A program made the translations under genes and the position numbers. This document shows positions 56,212 to 64,000 of a stretch of DNA of 64,000 bases, piece after piece. The notes below the pieces were generated by a model. It was not told the origin of the DNA. It did no database searches and saw only the letters and a program-made list of their open reading frames with translations. The stretch comes from Mycobacteriales bacterium (lineage in GTDB: Bacteria; Actinomycetota; Actinomycetes; JAFAQI01): assembly GCA_035545635.1 (NCBI GenBank), contig DASZXY010000006.1:153882-217881 (forward strand), read 5' to 3'. Position 1 is the first letter of the stretch. Every line of letters begins with the position of its first letter.

Positions 56212-56850
56212 CTAGGACCGAGTGGCCGGCTGGTGGATGCTGACGGCGTAGCCGCCGCCTTCGTCGACGAACGGCTCAGCCGACCAGGTTGCGAATCGCT
56301 CACGCAACTCCAACCCGGCTGCGGTGCACCAGGCGTCGTACTCGTCCAGGCCGAACGGCGCCTCGTCGAGCGGCAGATGCGCCGCATCGAGCCCGAACCC
56401 GGCGACCATGAGGCCGTCAGGAGCCAGCCGCCCGGACAGGCCGGTGACGACGGCTGCCTCGGTGCCCTCGGCCAGCAGCGGGATGACGTTGCCCGCCGCG
56501 ACGACCAGGTCGAAGTCGCTGTCTAGGGTGCCCACGTCGACGAGGTCGAGGTGGCGCCACTCGACGTCGGTCGACGCGCGTTGAGCCACGCTCAGCATCG
56601 ACACGTCGCTGTCGACACCGATGCAGTCGTATCCGAGCTCGGCGAGCCGGATCGCCACCCGGCCCGTGCCGCAGCCGGCATCGAGGATGCGCGATCCCGG
56701 CGGGACCAGCGTCGCGCAGAGCGTCGCCTCACCGTGCATGTCCTGCCCGGCAGCGGCAAGGGCGGCGAAGCGAGCCGCGTAGGCCTCGCCGTGGTCGCCG
56801 GCCTTGCCGGCCGCCCACCGCGACTGCCTCGGATGCCCGGAGGCGCTCAT
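56212..56850 (-). CDS. class I SAM-dependent methyltransferase
   Basis: ILDAGCGTGRVAIRLAELG (motif I), DLVVAAGNV. Confidence 0.8.
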   Translation of the reverse strand: MSASGHPRQSRWAAGKAGDHGEAYAARFAALAAAGQDMHGEATLCATLVPPGSRILDAGCGTGRVAIRLAELGYDCIGVDSDVSMLSVAQRASTDVEWRHLDLVDVGTLDSDFDLVVAAGNVIPLLAEGTEAAVVTGLSGRLAPDGLMVAGFGLDAAHLPLDEAPFGLDEYDAWCTAAGLELRERFATWSAEPFVDEGGGYAVSIHQPATRS

Positions 56851-58055
56851 CCTCGCCGGGCTCGATGCATCCGGTACTGCACCTTGGCGATGTCGCGCTG
56901 CACCGCTGTCTCAGCGGCAGCCGACGGAACCCCGAGCGTCATCGCGCCCTCGAAGAACTCGCCGTCGGTCGTCCCTTGGTCACCACCCGAGCCCAGGATG
57001 ATCGCGCCCTCCTGACGCATCGGGGAGTACCCGCCTGGTGGGACCGTGCCGCTGTAGAAGGTTGTCAGGTCACGCGCGCTCGCTGGGGCGCCCTTGATCG
57101 CAAAGGTCTTCGAGCCCGGGTTCTCGAGCACTGCGGTGACGAACGGATGTCGCATCGCGAGGTTTCGAGAGGTGGCGTCGCAACAGAACCCGTCGCCGGC
57201 GCGGAAGGAGCCGCCGAGGTACGCCGTGGCGTTCTCGGGATAGTCGGTCCGCTGACCGGTCATGAACATCCCGTTTTCGAGGTCGGCCTGTACCCAAGGG
57301 CCGCCGTCGGGTCCGCAGGCGTCCCAACAAGCGCGACTGAAGTTGATCGCATCCATCGTTCCTGCGCCGTCGTCGGTGCCCTTGATCTCCGAGTTGCCGA
57401 AGTCGAAGCAACACTGGCTGCCGGTGAACATGCCGCCGAACACGCCATAGGCGCTCTCCGGCTGACCGTTGACCGCGACACCGCGAGCCCGCCGGTTCCC
57501 GTTGTTGTACGCCTGACCGTGGCTTCCGACGCAAGTAGCCGCGGTGAAGCACGGCAGACCGGTCGGAGAGTCGTCGACGAACTTCAGTCCGTACACCTGG
57601 TGACCAGCCGCGAAGATCGGCAACGCGCCCGCGTCGACCGGGTCGTGGGCAAAGTAGGTGTTGCTGTACGGCGCTGTCGTCGGTCCTTGTGGCACCAGGT
57701 CGTTGTGGTTGTCGGTCTGGTCGTAGATCTTGTCGACGACGCACGCCGTCCTCGCGCAGAAGCGGTCCTGTGCGGAGGCATTGGCGTAGCCACCTGGCTC
57801 CAGGACCCGGATGTCCCGGGTGCGGCCGTCGGACGCTCGGCGGACCTGATAGAGCGGGCCGGCAAACGCCGCGAACAAAGCCCGGGTCGAGCTGAACGCC
57901 GCGACGCAGGGCGTGTGGGCTGCCGCGTAGATGTCGCACGGCCGCCGATTCTGAGTCGCGGCCTTGGAGGCGGGCGCGGCAACAGCAGCGAGCGAGAGCA
58001 GCAGCGCGACCGCGACGCCGGAGGAGCACAGTCGGATCGTTCGCAGCCGCGCCAT
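56847..58055 (-). CDS. secreted GH54-like (alpha-L-arabinofuranosidase B catalytic-domain-like) protein
   Basis: Start ATG 58055 (signal MARLRTIRLCSSGVAVALLLSLAAVAAPA). PCDIYAAAHTPCVAAFSSTRALFAAFAGPLYQVRRASDG matches my recollection of the GH54 N-terminus. Confidence 0.65.
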   Translation of the reverse strand: MARLRTIRLCSSGVAVALLLSLAAVAAPASKAATQNRRPCDIYAAAHTPCVAAFSSTRALFAAFAGPLYQVRRASDGRTRDIRVLEPGGYANASAQDRFCARTACVVDKIYDQTDNHNDLVPQGPTTAPYSNTYFAHDPVDAGALPIFAAGHQVYGLKFVDDSPTGLPCFTAATCVGSHGQAYNNGNRRARGVAVNGQPESAYGVFGGMFTGSQCCFDFGNSEIKGTDDGAGTMDAINFSRACWDACGPDGGPWVQADLENGMFMTGQRTDYPENATAYLGGSFRAGDGFCCDATSRNLAMRHPFVTAVLENPGSKTFAIKGAPASARDLTTFYSGTVPPGGYSPMRQEGAIILGSGGDQGTTDGEFFEGAMTLGVPSAAAETAVQRDIAKVQYRMHRARRG

Positions 58056-58176
58056 ATCGGGACGTTTCGGCGATATCCGGATGCAGTCCTCCCTGCGCAC
58101 CGCCGATTGGCGCAGCGGACTAATCCACAACTGCTCCATCTGCTCATACAGCCGACCGGGTGGGTACGCCGAGATA

Positions 58177-58416
58177 GTGACTGTGAGCCCGACCCAGCTG
58201 CCCGAGTCCGACGAGCGCACCTCCTTCGCCGACGTGCTGGCCGAGCTGCTTCGGCCGCCGTACGTGTGGTGGCTGCTGATCGCCATGGTCTTGCAGGCGT
58301 ACACGCCGCTCTACATTGCGCCGGTGGCGACCGCCATTGCCGGGATGGCCGTCGGGTTCGCTCGACAGTCGGTGCGGGCGCGGCAGGGCGCAAGGGTCCG
58401 CGAGCGCGCCCGGTAG
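58177..58416 (+). CDS. small two-TM hypothetical membrane protein
   Basis: 79 aa from GTG 58177 within ORF 57964-58416. Strong GC3 bias. YVWWLLIAMVLQAY and IAPVATAIAGMAVGF hydrophobic segments, Arg-rich tail. Confidence 0.5.
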   Translation: MTVSPTQLPESDERTSFADVLAELLRPPYVWWLLIAMVLQAYTPLYIAPVATAIAGMAVGFARQSVRARQGARVRERAR

Positions 58417-58470
58417 GTCGTAGGCCCCGGCGGGGCAGGGTCGCCGACGCCATCGGCGAAGATCAACGGC

Positions 58471-60993
58471 ATGCGTCGTACTCCGCTTGCCGTTGCGCTC
58501 GTGGCTTCCACCGCGATCGCGCTCCCGACGGCAGTAGCCGCCGCTCCATCGCAGTTGTCCGAGCCTGCGCCGGCCAGGGTGAGCGCAAGCACGGACAGGG
58601 CTGCGGCACCCGTGCACAGGCACCACTACTCGGTCACTGTCACGCGGACCGAGGGCGGGATTCCGCACATCGTCGGCAAGACCTTCGGCGACATCGGCTA
58701 CGGCTACGGCTACTCGTTCGCAAAAGACAACATCTGCACGATGGCCGACACGTACATCACGGTCGAAGGCAAGCGCTCGATGTACTTCGGGCCGGACGGC
58801 AGCTACACGCAGCGCGGCAACGGCGTCACAGCGAACAACCTTGACTCGGACTTCTTCTGGACCGAGGTGCAGGACTCCGGCATCGTGCCTGAGCTCGCGG
58901 CACGCCGGCCACCGCTGGGGCCGGGCAAGTCCCTGCGGTCCGGAGTGCGCGGCTACGTCGCCGGCTACAACCGCTATCTGCGCAGTGTCGGCGGGCCTGA
59001 TGGCATCAAGGACCCGGCCTGCCACGGCAAGCCGTGGGTGCACCCGATCACGGTCAACGACGCGTACCTGCGCTTCTACCAGCTCGTCCTGCTCGCCAGT
59101 TCCGACGTGCTGATCCCCGGCATCGCCGGCGCAACGCCGCCGTCGACGACCAGCCCGGTGTCCGCGACGATGAACATCAAGCGCACTGCGACGTTGATCA
59201 CCGAAGGCTGGCGTCGCGCGATGGGCGATCTCGGTAGCAACGCGGTCGCCGTCGGCAAGGCGGGCACGCGTGACCACAAGCACGGCCTGCTGCTCGGCAA
59301 CCCGCACTTCCCGTGGGTCGGACCGGAGCGGTTCTACGACGCGCAGATCACGATCCCCGGCAAGGCCAACGTCACCGGCGCATCGCTGTTCGGTGTGCCA
59401 CTCGTGCTGATCGGTCACAACAACTGGATCGCGTGGAGTCACACCGTCTCCACGGCGTTCCGGTTCACGCCGTACCAGCTGACGATCGTGCCGGGCAGCC
59501 CGACGGAGTACCTGTACGACGGGCAGCCGACCAAGATGGAGCCGCGTCCGGTGTCGGTCGTCGTGCGTGGTCCGGGCGGCAAGCTGACCACCGTCCACCA
59601 CACGCTGTGGTGGACACGCTACGGACCGATGATCAACTCGATCGAGGGCATCCCGCTGCCGTGGACTGCTGCCACCGGCTTCACCTTCCGAGACGCCAAC
59701 GTCGACAACTTCCGGATTTTCAACCACTTCCTCAAGACCGACGAGGCACATTCGGCGCACCAGGTGCTGCACATCCTGAAGAAGTACGAGGGCATCCCCT
59801 GGGTCAACACCCTCGTCACCGACAAGACCGGGCACGCCCTCTACGCCGACATCGGCACGATCCCCAACGTCAGCAACGCGAAAGCTACGGCGTGCAACAC
59901 CGCGCTCGGCGCCGCCACCACCCAGCTGCTCGGCCTTCCGGTGCTGGACGGGTCGAGATCGGCGTGCAACTGGGGAAACGACAAGGACGCGATCGTCCCG
60001 GGCATCTTCGGCCCGAGCCATCTGCCGCACCTGTGGCGGCAGGACTACGTGACGAACTCCAACGACTCCTACTGGCTGTCCAACCCGCACCACCCGCTGA
60101 CCGGGTTCGCGCGGATCATCGGCAACGAGAACTCAGCACGCTCGCTGCGTACCCGGGTAGGCCTGATCATGACGCAGAACCGGGTGTCGGGGACGGGCGT
60201 GAAGAAAGGCTTCACGTTGCGCGCGATGCAGGACGAGGTCTTCTCCAACCGGCAGTACGCCGGCGACCTGTGGCGTGACCAGCTGGTGTCGTTGTGCCGG
60301 ACGCTCGAGCCGGCCGGGCTGATCCCGTCGACGGGCGGGGTGACGTCGATCGGCGATGCCTGCGACGTGCTGGCCAAGTGGGACCGCCACGAGAACGCCG
60401 ACAGCAAGGGCGCCATTCTCTGGCGGCGGTTCGTCGACAACCTGCAAAGCAGTCCCGCAGGCGTCGGCGGGACGCTGTCGCTCGCCGGCATCCCTTCGGC
60501 GTACTGGCAGCATCCGTTCGACGTCAGCGACCCGGTCCACACGCCGTACGGGCTCAATGTGGCAGACCCACAGGTGGCACTTGCTCTGGGTGACGCGATC
60601 ACCGATCTGCGTGACGCGCACCTGCCGCTCGACGTGGCGCCGGGCAAGGTGCAGGGCGTGCATCGAAACGGCACGTTCATCCCGATCCAGGGTGGCGAGG
60701 GCGATCCGAACGGCGAGTTTGACGCGATCTACGCGCCCTGGATCGCGGGCAAGGGTCTCGGCGACGTCGACGACGGCTCGTCGTTCGTGCAGGTCGTGAC
60801 GTGGCAGAACGGGAACCCGTGTCCGCTGGCGCGAACGATCCTGACCTATTCAGAGTCGACCGATCCGACGAACCCGCACTACGACGACCAGACAAAGATG
60901 TTCTCGAACAAGTTGTGGATCCACGACCGCTTCTGCGCGTCCGCCATCAAGGCCGACAGGAACCGACAGGTGACGCGGCTGACCGGTACTTAA
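58471..60993 (+). CDS. penicillin acylase family Ntn-hydrolase (AHL-acylase-like), secreted
   Basis: Signal MRRTPLAVALVASTAIALPTAVAAA. Autoprocessing site G|SNAVAVG. LLLGNPHFPW. Confidence 0.85.
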   Translation: MRRTPLAVALVASTAIALPTAVAAAPSQLSEPAPARVSASTDRAAAPVHRHHYSVTVTRTEGGIPHIVGKTFGDIGYGYGYSFAKDNICTMADTYITVEGKRSMYFGPDGSYTQRGNGVTANNLDSDFFWTEVQDSGIVPELAARRPPLGPGKSLRSGVRGYVAGYNRYLRSVGGPDGIKDPACHGKPWVHPITVNDAYLRFYQLVLLASSDVLIPGIAGATPPSTTSPVSATMNIKRTATLITEGWRRAMGDLGSNAVAVGKAGTRDHKHGLLLGNPHFPWVGPERFYDAQITIPGKANVTGASLFGVPLVLIGHNNWIAWSHTVSTAFRFTPYQLTIVPGSPTEYLYDGQPTKMEPRPVSVVVRGPGGKLTTVHHTLWWTRYGPMINSIEGIPLPWTAATGFTFRDANVDNFRIFNHFLKTDEAHSAHQVLHILKKYEGIPWVNTLVTDKTGHALYADIGTIPNVSNAKATACNTALGAATTQLLGLPVLDGSRSACNWGNDKDAIVPGIFGPSHLPHLWRQDYVTNSNDSYWLSNPHHPLTGFARIIGNENSARSLRTRVGLIMTQNRVSGTGVKKGFTLRAMQDEVFSNRQYAGDLWRDQLVSLCRTLEPAGLIPSTGGVTSIGDACDVLAKWDRHENADSKGAILWRRFVDNLQSSPAGVGGTLSLAGIPSAYWQHPFDVSDPVHTPYGLNVADPQVALALGDAITDLRDAHLPLDVAPGKVQGVHRNGTFIPIQGGEGDPNGEFDAIYAPWIAGKGLGDVDDGSSFVQVVTWQNGNPCPLARTILTYSESTDPTNPHYDDQTKMFSNKLWIHDRFCASAIKADRNRQVTRLTGT

Positions 60994-61045
60994 TGGTCAT
61001 CTCTGACTATTGAGATCAGCCGGACATTCACCGGAACATCGATGA

Positions 61046-62572
61046 GTGCCCGTGAGCCCGCGTCGAACGCTGCCCGCGGTTTCCGCCGCGGCTGTCCTCG
61101 GCGCGCTGATGATCCCCGCAGCTGCCGGTGCAGCGGTCGCGCGACCCGCAGCGCCGAGCGGTATGCGGGTCGTCGCGGCCACCGCTTCGTCGATCACGGT
61201 GCAGGTTGACCGGACCGCTCATGCGCACGCCTACCGCCTGTACACCTCGACCACCCGCAGCGACTTGTTCACCGCGAACATCAGCCACGCGCTCGCGTCG
61301 AAGGTGTCGCGATCGCCGCGGCTCACGATCAGCGGTCTGACGCAGCGATCCGTTCCGTACTTCTACCGCGTCGTCGCGATCAACCAGCGCCGGCAGCATT
61401 TCTCCGAGGCCATCGGCGAGGTCGGCCTTCAGCCGAGTCGGCCCGCCGGGCTCACCGCGACCGCCAACGCCAGCCGAACCTTCCTGACCTGGGGCAGCGG
61501 CCCGGCGACCGGGTTCCGGATCGAGCAGGCGACGAACCCGGCGATGACTGCCCACCACAAGACCTACACGATCCTCGGGCCGACGCCGTCGTTCACGCCC
61601 TACGGGCTGCATGCGGGGACGACGTACTGGTTTCGGGTGCGTGCCCTCAACGAGCGGACTCCCTCGGCGGCGTCCGCACCGGTATCGGCGCGCGCCCAGT
61701 CATCGATGCAGCCGGTGAGCGTCATGACCTACAACGTCCTCGAGGCAGACCTCGACGGTCGGCATGAGGGCAGCGGGGTCGTGGCGCCGTGGGATCAACG
61801 AAAGCTCGGCGTCGTCCGCTTCATCCAGCAGGCTTCACCCGACGTGATCGCCGTGCAGGAGGCGGCTGCCTGGGTCAAGCGGGTGAAGGGGCCGCGGCAG
61901 ATCGACTCGCTGAGGTCGGCGCTCGGCGGGGCGTATGCCTTGGCGCACACCGAGGTGCCGCCCTCACAGCCCTACTACAAGCGCACGGCCGACTACATCC
62001 TCTACCGCAAGGACGCGTACGCCGCGGTCGGGAGCGGGGACCACTGGTCACTCGGCTACAGCGGTCAGGTGAACCACTGGGCGGCATACCAGGTCCTGCG
62101 CAACCGGACGACTGGGGCGAAGTTCCTGATGGTCGGCACCCACCTGCTCGTCCCGCACGGCCATGAGGCCGACCTGCAGCGGGAGCAACAGACGAAGCGG
62201 CTCGTCCACTACGCGCGGGCCTATGCCCACGCACATGGCAACCTGCCGATCGTCTACGCGGGCGACTGGAACTCCGACCAGTTCCGCCACCACCCGGACG
62301 GACCCTCGGTCGTGATGAACAGCTTCGGCATCCCGAAGTCGTCGGCGATCGCGCAGCACTTGACGAACGCCCGCTTCAACACCGCGAACGGCTACGTGCG
62401 CCACGCGCCAAGCGATGCGGCTCACATCGACGATGTCTTCGTGTCCCCCGGCATCGCGGTGCGCTCCTGGCGCGAGCTGTTGCACCTCTCGCACGGACAC
62501 CTCGTCGGTGTGATTCCCAGCGACCACAACCCGGTCGTCGCCAACCTCGAAGTCCCCTACCAGTCCCGGTGA
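61046..62572 (+). CDS. secreted endonuclease/exonuclease/phosphatase (EEP) family protein with two N-terminal FN3-like domains
   Basis: Signal ...MIPAAAGAAVA. YWFRVRALN (FN3). VMTYNVLEA...VIAVQEA...GDWNSD...SDHNPV EEP motifs. Confidence 0.8.
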   Translation: MPVSPRRTLPAVSAAAVLGALMIPAAAGAAVARPAAPSGMRVVAATASSITVQVDRTAHAHAYRLYTSTTRSDLFTANISHALASKVSRSPRLTISGLTQRSVPYFYRVVAINQRRQHFSEAIGEVGLQPSRPAGLTATANASRTFLTWGSGPATGFRIEQATNPAMTAHHKTYTILGPTPSFTPYGLHAGTTYWFRVRALNERTPSAASAPVSARAQSSMQPVSVMTYNVLEADLDGRHEGSGVVAPWDQRKLGVVRFIQQASPDVIAVQEAAAWVKRVKGPRQIDSLRSALGGAYALAHTEVPPSQPYYKRTADYILYRKDAYAAVGSGDHWSLGYSGQVNHWAAYQVLRNRTTGAKFLMVGTHLLVPHGHEADLQREQQTKRLVHYARAYAHAHGNLPIVYAGDWNSDQFRHHPDGPSVVMNSFGIPKSSAIAQHLTNARFNTANGYVRHAPSDAAHIDDVFVSPGIAVRSWRELLHLSHGHLVGVIPSDHNPVVANLEVPYQSR

Positions 62573-62630
62573 TCTTGACGTTACGCGCCCATCAGGCCGG
62601 CTGAGAGGCGCTTGACGTCAAGATCACCGG
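62566..62630. terminator. long perfect inverted repeat between convergent genes (candidate bidirectional terminator)
   Basis: CCGGTGATCTTGACGT (62566-62581) pairs with ACGTCAAGATCACCGG (62615-62630), 16/16. Inner GCGCC/GGCGC pairing. The left arm overlaps the EEP stop; the right arm ends 4 nt before the ppc stop. Confidence 0.5.
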
Positions 62631-62633
62631 GGT

Positions 62634-64000
62634 TCAGCCGGTGTTCTGCAGGCCGGCGGCGACGCCGTTCACCGTCAACAGCAGCAGCTCGCGGAGTCGT
62701 TGCTCCTCCGCGTCGTTCTGGTAGTCGCCGCGGCGAAGCGCGGACAGCGCACGCAGCTGCAGGTTGGACAGCGCGTCGACGTACGGGTTGCGCAGGTCGA
62801 CGGCCGCGGACAGAATCCGACGGCTGGCGAGGAGCTTCGGTACGTCGAGTACAGACAGCACGATCGACGTCGTGAGGTCGAGCTCGGCGAGGATCCGGTC
62901 GGTGAGGTCGGGTCTGTCACCAAGCGCCAGGTAGCGCTCAGCCACTGGTCGGTCGGTCTTCGCGAGCGACATCTCCGCGTTGTCGAGCAGCGCGGTGAAC
63001 AGCGGCCATTCGCGATACGCGGCGCGGAGCTCCTCGATCGGCGCCGCGGCGAGCCCGGACCCGAGACCGAACCACCCGGTCAGGTTGCAGCGGGTCTGCG
63101 ACCACGCAAACACCCACGGGATCGCACGCAAGTCGGAGAGAGTCAGCCCGGTGCCGCCGGGGCGTCGCGCCGGGCGCGATCCGAGGGAGAGGTCGGACAG
63201 CTCTTCGAGTGGGCTGACCCGCGCGAAGTAGTCGGCGAAGCCGTCGGTCTCGACCAGGGCGCGATACGCCTTGCGGCCAGCCGCCTCCATCGTCGTGGCG
63301 AGGTCGGCGAACCGGTTGGCGGCGTCGGTGTTGCGGGTCGCGATCTCGTCGGTGCCCGACAGCAGCACCGCCGCGGCGACCTGCTCGAGGTGGCGCTCCG
63401 CGATCTGCGGGTTCCCGTAGCGGGCGTGGATCACCTCGCCCTGTTCCGTGACCTTGAACCGCCCGGCGACGCTGCCGGGCGGCTGGGCGAGGATCGCGCG
63501 GTTCACCGGTCCGCCGCCGCGCCCGAGGGAGCCGCCGCGGCCGTGGAACAACGTGAGCGCGATGTCGTGTTGCTGCGCCCACTGGGCGAGCGCAGCCTGT
63601 GCCTCGTACAGCAGCAACGTCGCTGACAGCGGGCCGATGTCCTTCGCGGAGTCGGAGTAGCCGAGCATCACCTCGAGCGCGGCGGGTGGCGCCGCCAACG
63701 TCGCCAGCCATTCGTCGAGGACGCCGGTGCAGCCGCGGAGATCCGCGCCGGTCTCGAACAGCGGTACGACGGAGAGCTCGAGCGCCTCGGCGCGGTCGCC
63801 AAGCGCGTAGCGGGCGAGCTTCGTGACGGCGGAGATGTCATCGGCGCTGGAACACATCGACACGACATAGCGACGGCACGCCCTCGGCCCCCAACGGTCC
63901 TGCAGGGCCGCGATCACCCGAATCGTCGCCAGCACCTCGCGTGTCGCGCCGTCCGTGGGAGTCCCGTCGTTCGCGTCCAGATCCGCGAGTGCCTTCGCGT
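62634..64000 (-). CDS. ppc: phosphoenolpyruvate carboxylase, C-terminal part (5' end beyond the window)
   Basis: MLGYSDSAKDIG, FHGRGGSLGRGGGP, IPWVFAWSQTRCNLTGW, C-terminal ...GLQNTG. The reading frame stays open to the window edge. Confidence 0.9.
   Translation of the reverse strand, partial: AKALADLDANDGTPTDGATREVLATIRVIAALQDRWGPRACRRYVVSMCSSADDISAVTKLARYALGDRAEALELSVVPLFETGADLRGCTGVLDEWLATLAAPPAALEVMLGYSDSAKDIGPLSATLLLYEAQAALAQWAQQHDIALTLFHGRGGSLGRGGGPVNRAILAQPPGSVAGRFKVTEQGEVIHARYGNPQIAERHLEQVAAAVLLSGTDEIATRNTDAANRFADLATTMEAAGRKAYRALVETDGFADYFARVSPLEELSDLSLGSRPARRPGGTGLTLSDLRAIPWVFAWSQTRCNLTGWFGLGSGLAAAPIEELRAAYREWPLFTALLDNAEMSLAKTDRPVAERYLALGDRPDLTDRILAELDLTTSIVLSVLDVPKLLASRRILSAAVDLRNPYVDALSNLQLRALSALRRGDYQNDAEEQRLRELLLLTVNGVAAGLQNTG

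Noticed and set aside
56124-56387. An 87-aa minus-strand ORF overlapping tRNA-Ser(GCT).
   Set aside because: It overlaps a well-folded tRNA and the 3' end of the methyltransferase gene, and it has no coding signature.

Overview
High-GC, densely coding actinobacterial-type chromosomal window. I support about 60 CDS and two tRNA-Ser genes. I found no transposase, integrase, phage gene or CRISPR array. Many long ORFs in the six-frame track are antisense or out-of-frame shadows typical of high-GC DNA; I chose frames by recognisable family motifs, signal peptides, RBS-like purine tracts and 4-nt ATGA/GTGA stop-start overlaps.

Content, left to right:
- 3'-truncated long acyl-CoA dehydrogenase
- ECF sigma with a membrane Asp-box propeller partner
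- qor, a PucR regulator, an esterase, a secreted GH25-like protein, DUF2199, tRNA-Ser(TGA)
- SigC-like ECF sigma divergent from an anti-sigma / SCO / PCuAC / CtaG-like / YcnI / CopCD copper operon
- acyl-CoA synthetase, orphan solute-binding lipoprotein, TetR
- cysteine-dioxygenase-like cupin coupled to a rhodanese
- PoxB-like TPP enzyme followed by a three-gene GMC dehydrogenase set
- enolase-superfamily protein, DUF72, GH15, SDR
- stress-type cluster: F420/LLM oxidoreductase, DUF5709, DUF1360, hemerythrin
- lower-GC Lys-rich secreted protein
- pseudo-receiver LuxR regulator, FliA/WhiG-type sigma, receiver-less CheB
- envelope enzymes: HExxH protein, PHP hydrolase, NlpC/P60
- another ECF sigma with a membrane partner
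- His/Lys-repeat DUF732 protein with an ABC-G type transporter
- AhpD-like protein, DapB-like protein, PAP2, orphan ptsI
- AbiEi-wHTH/DUF559-fold gene bracketed by two repeat arrays
- MFS exporter with a histone-H1-like tail, MarR, GH25-FN3 lysozyme, fatty-acid-CoA ligase, tRNA-Ser(GCT)
- methyltransferase, GH54-like protein, small membrane protein, penicillin/AHL-acylase family protein, FN3-EEP nuclease/phosphatase
- 5'-truncated ppc

Most unusual observation: two 117-bp arrays (48704-48820 and 49840-49956). Each carries four ATGTSACAY dyads at an invariant 32-bp phase, and together they flank the orphan AbiEi/DUF559-like gene. Second: the whiI-like / whiG-like / cheB-only module (32748-35549) behind a palindrome-rich leader. 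All functional calls rest on my reading of the translated ORFs. No database search was run.
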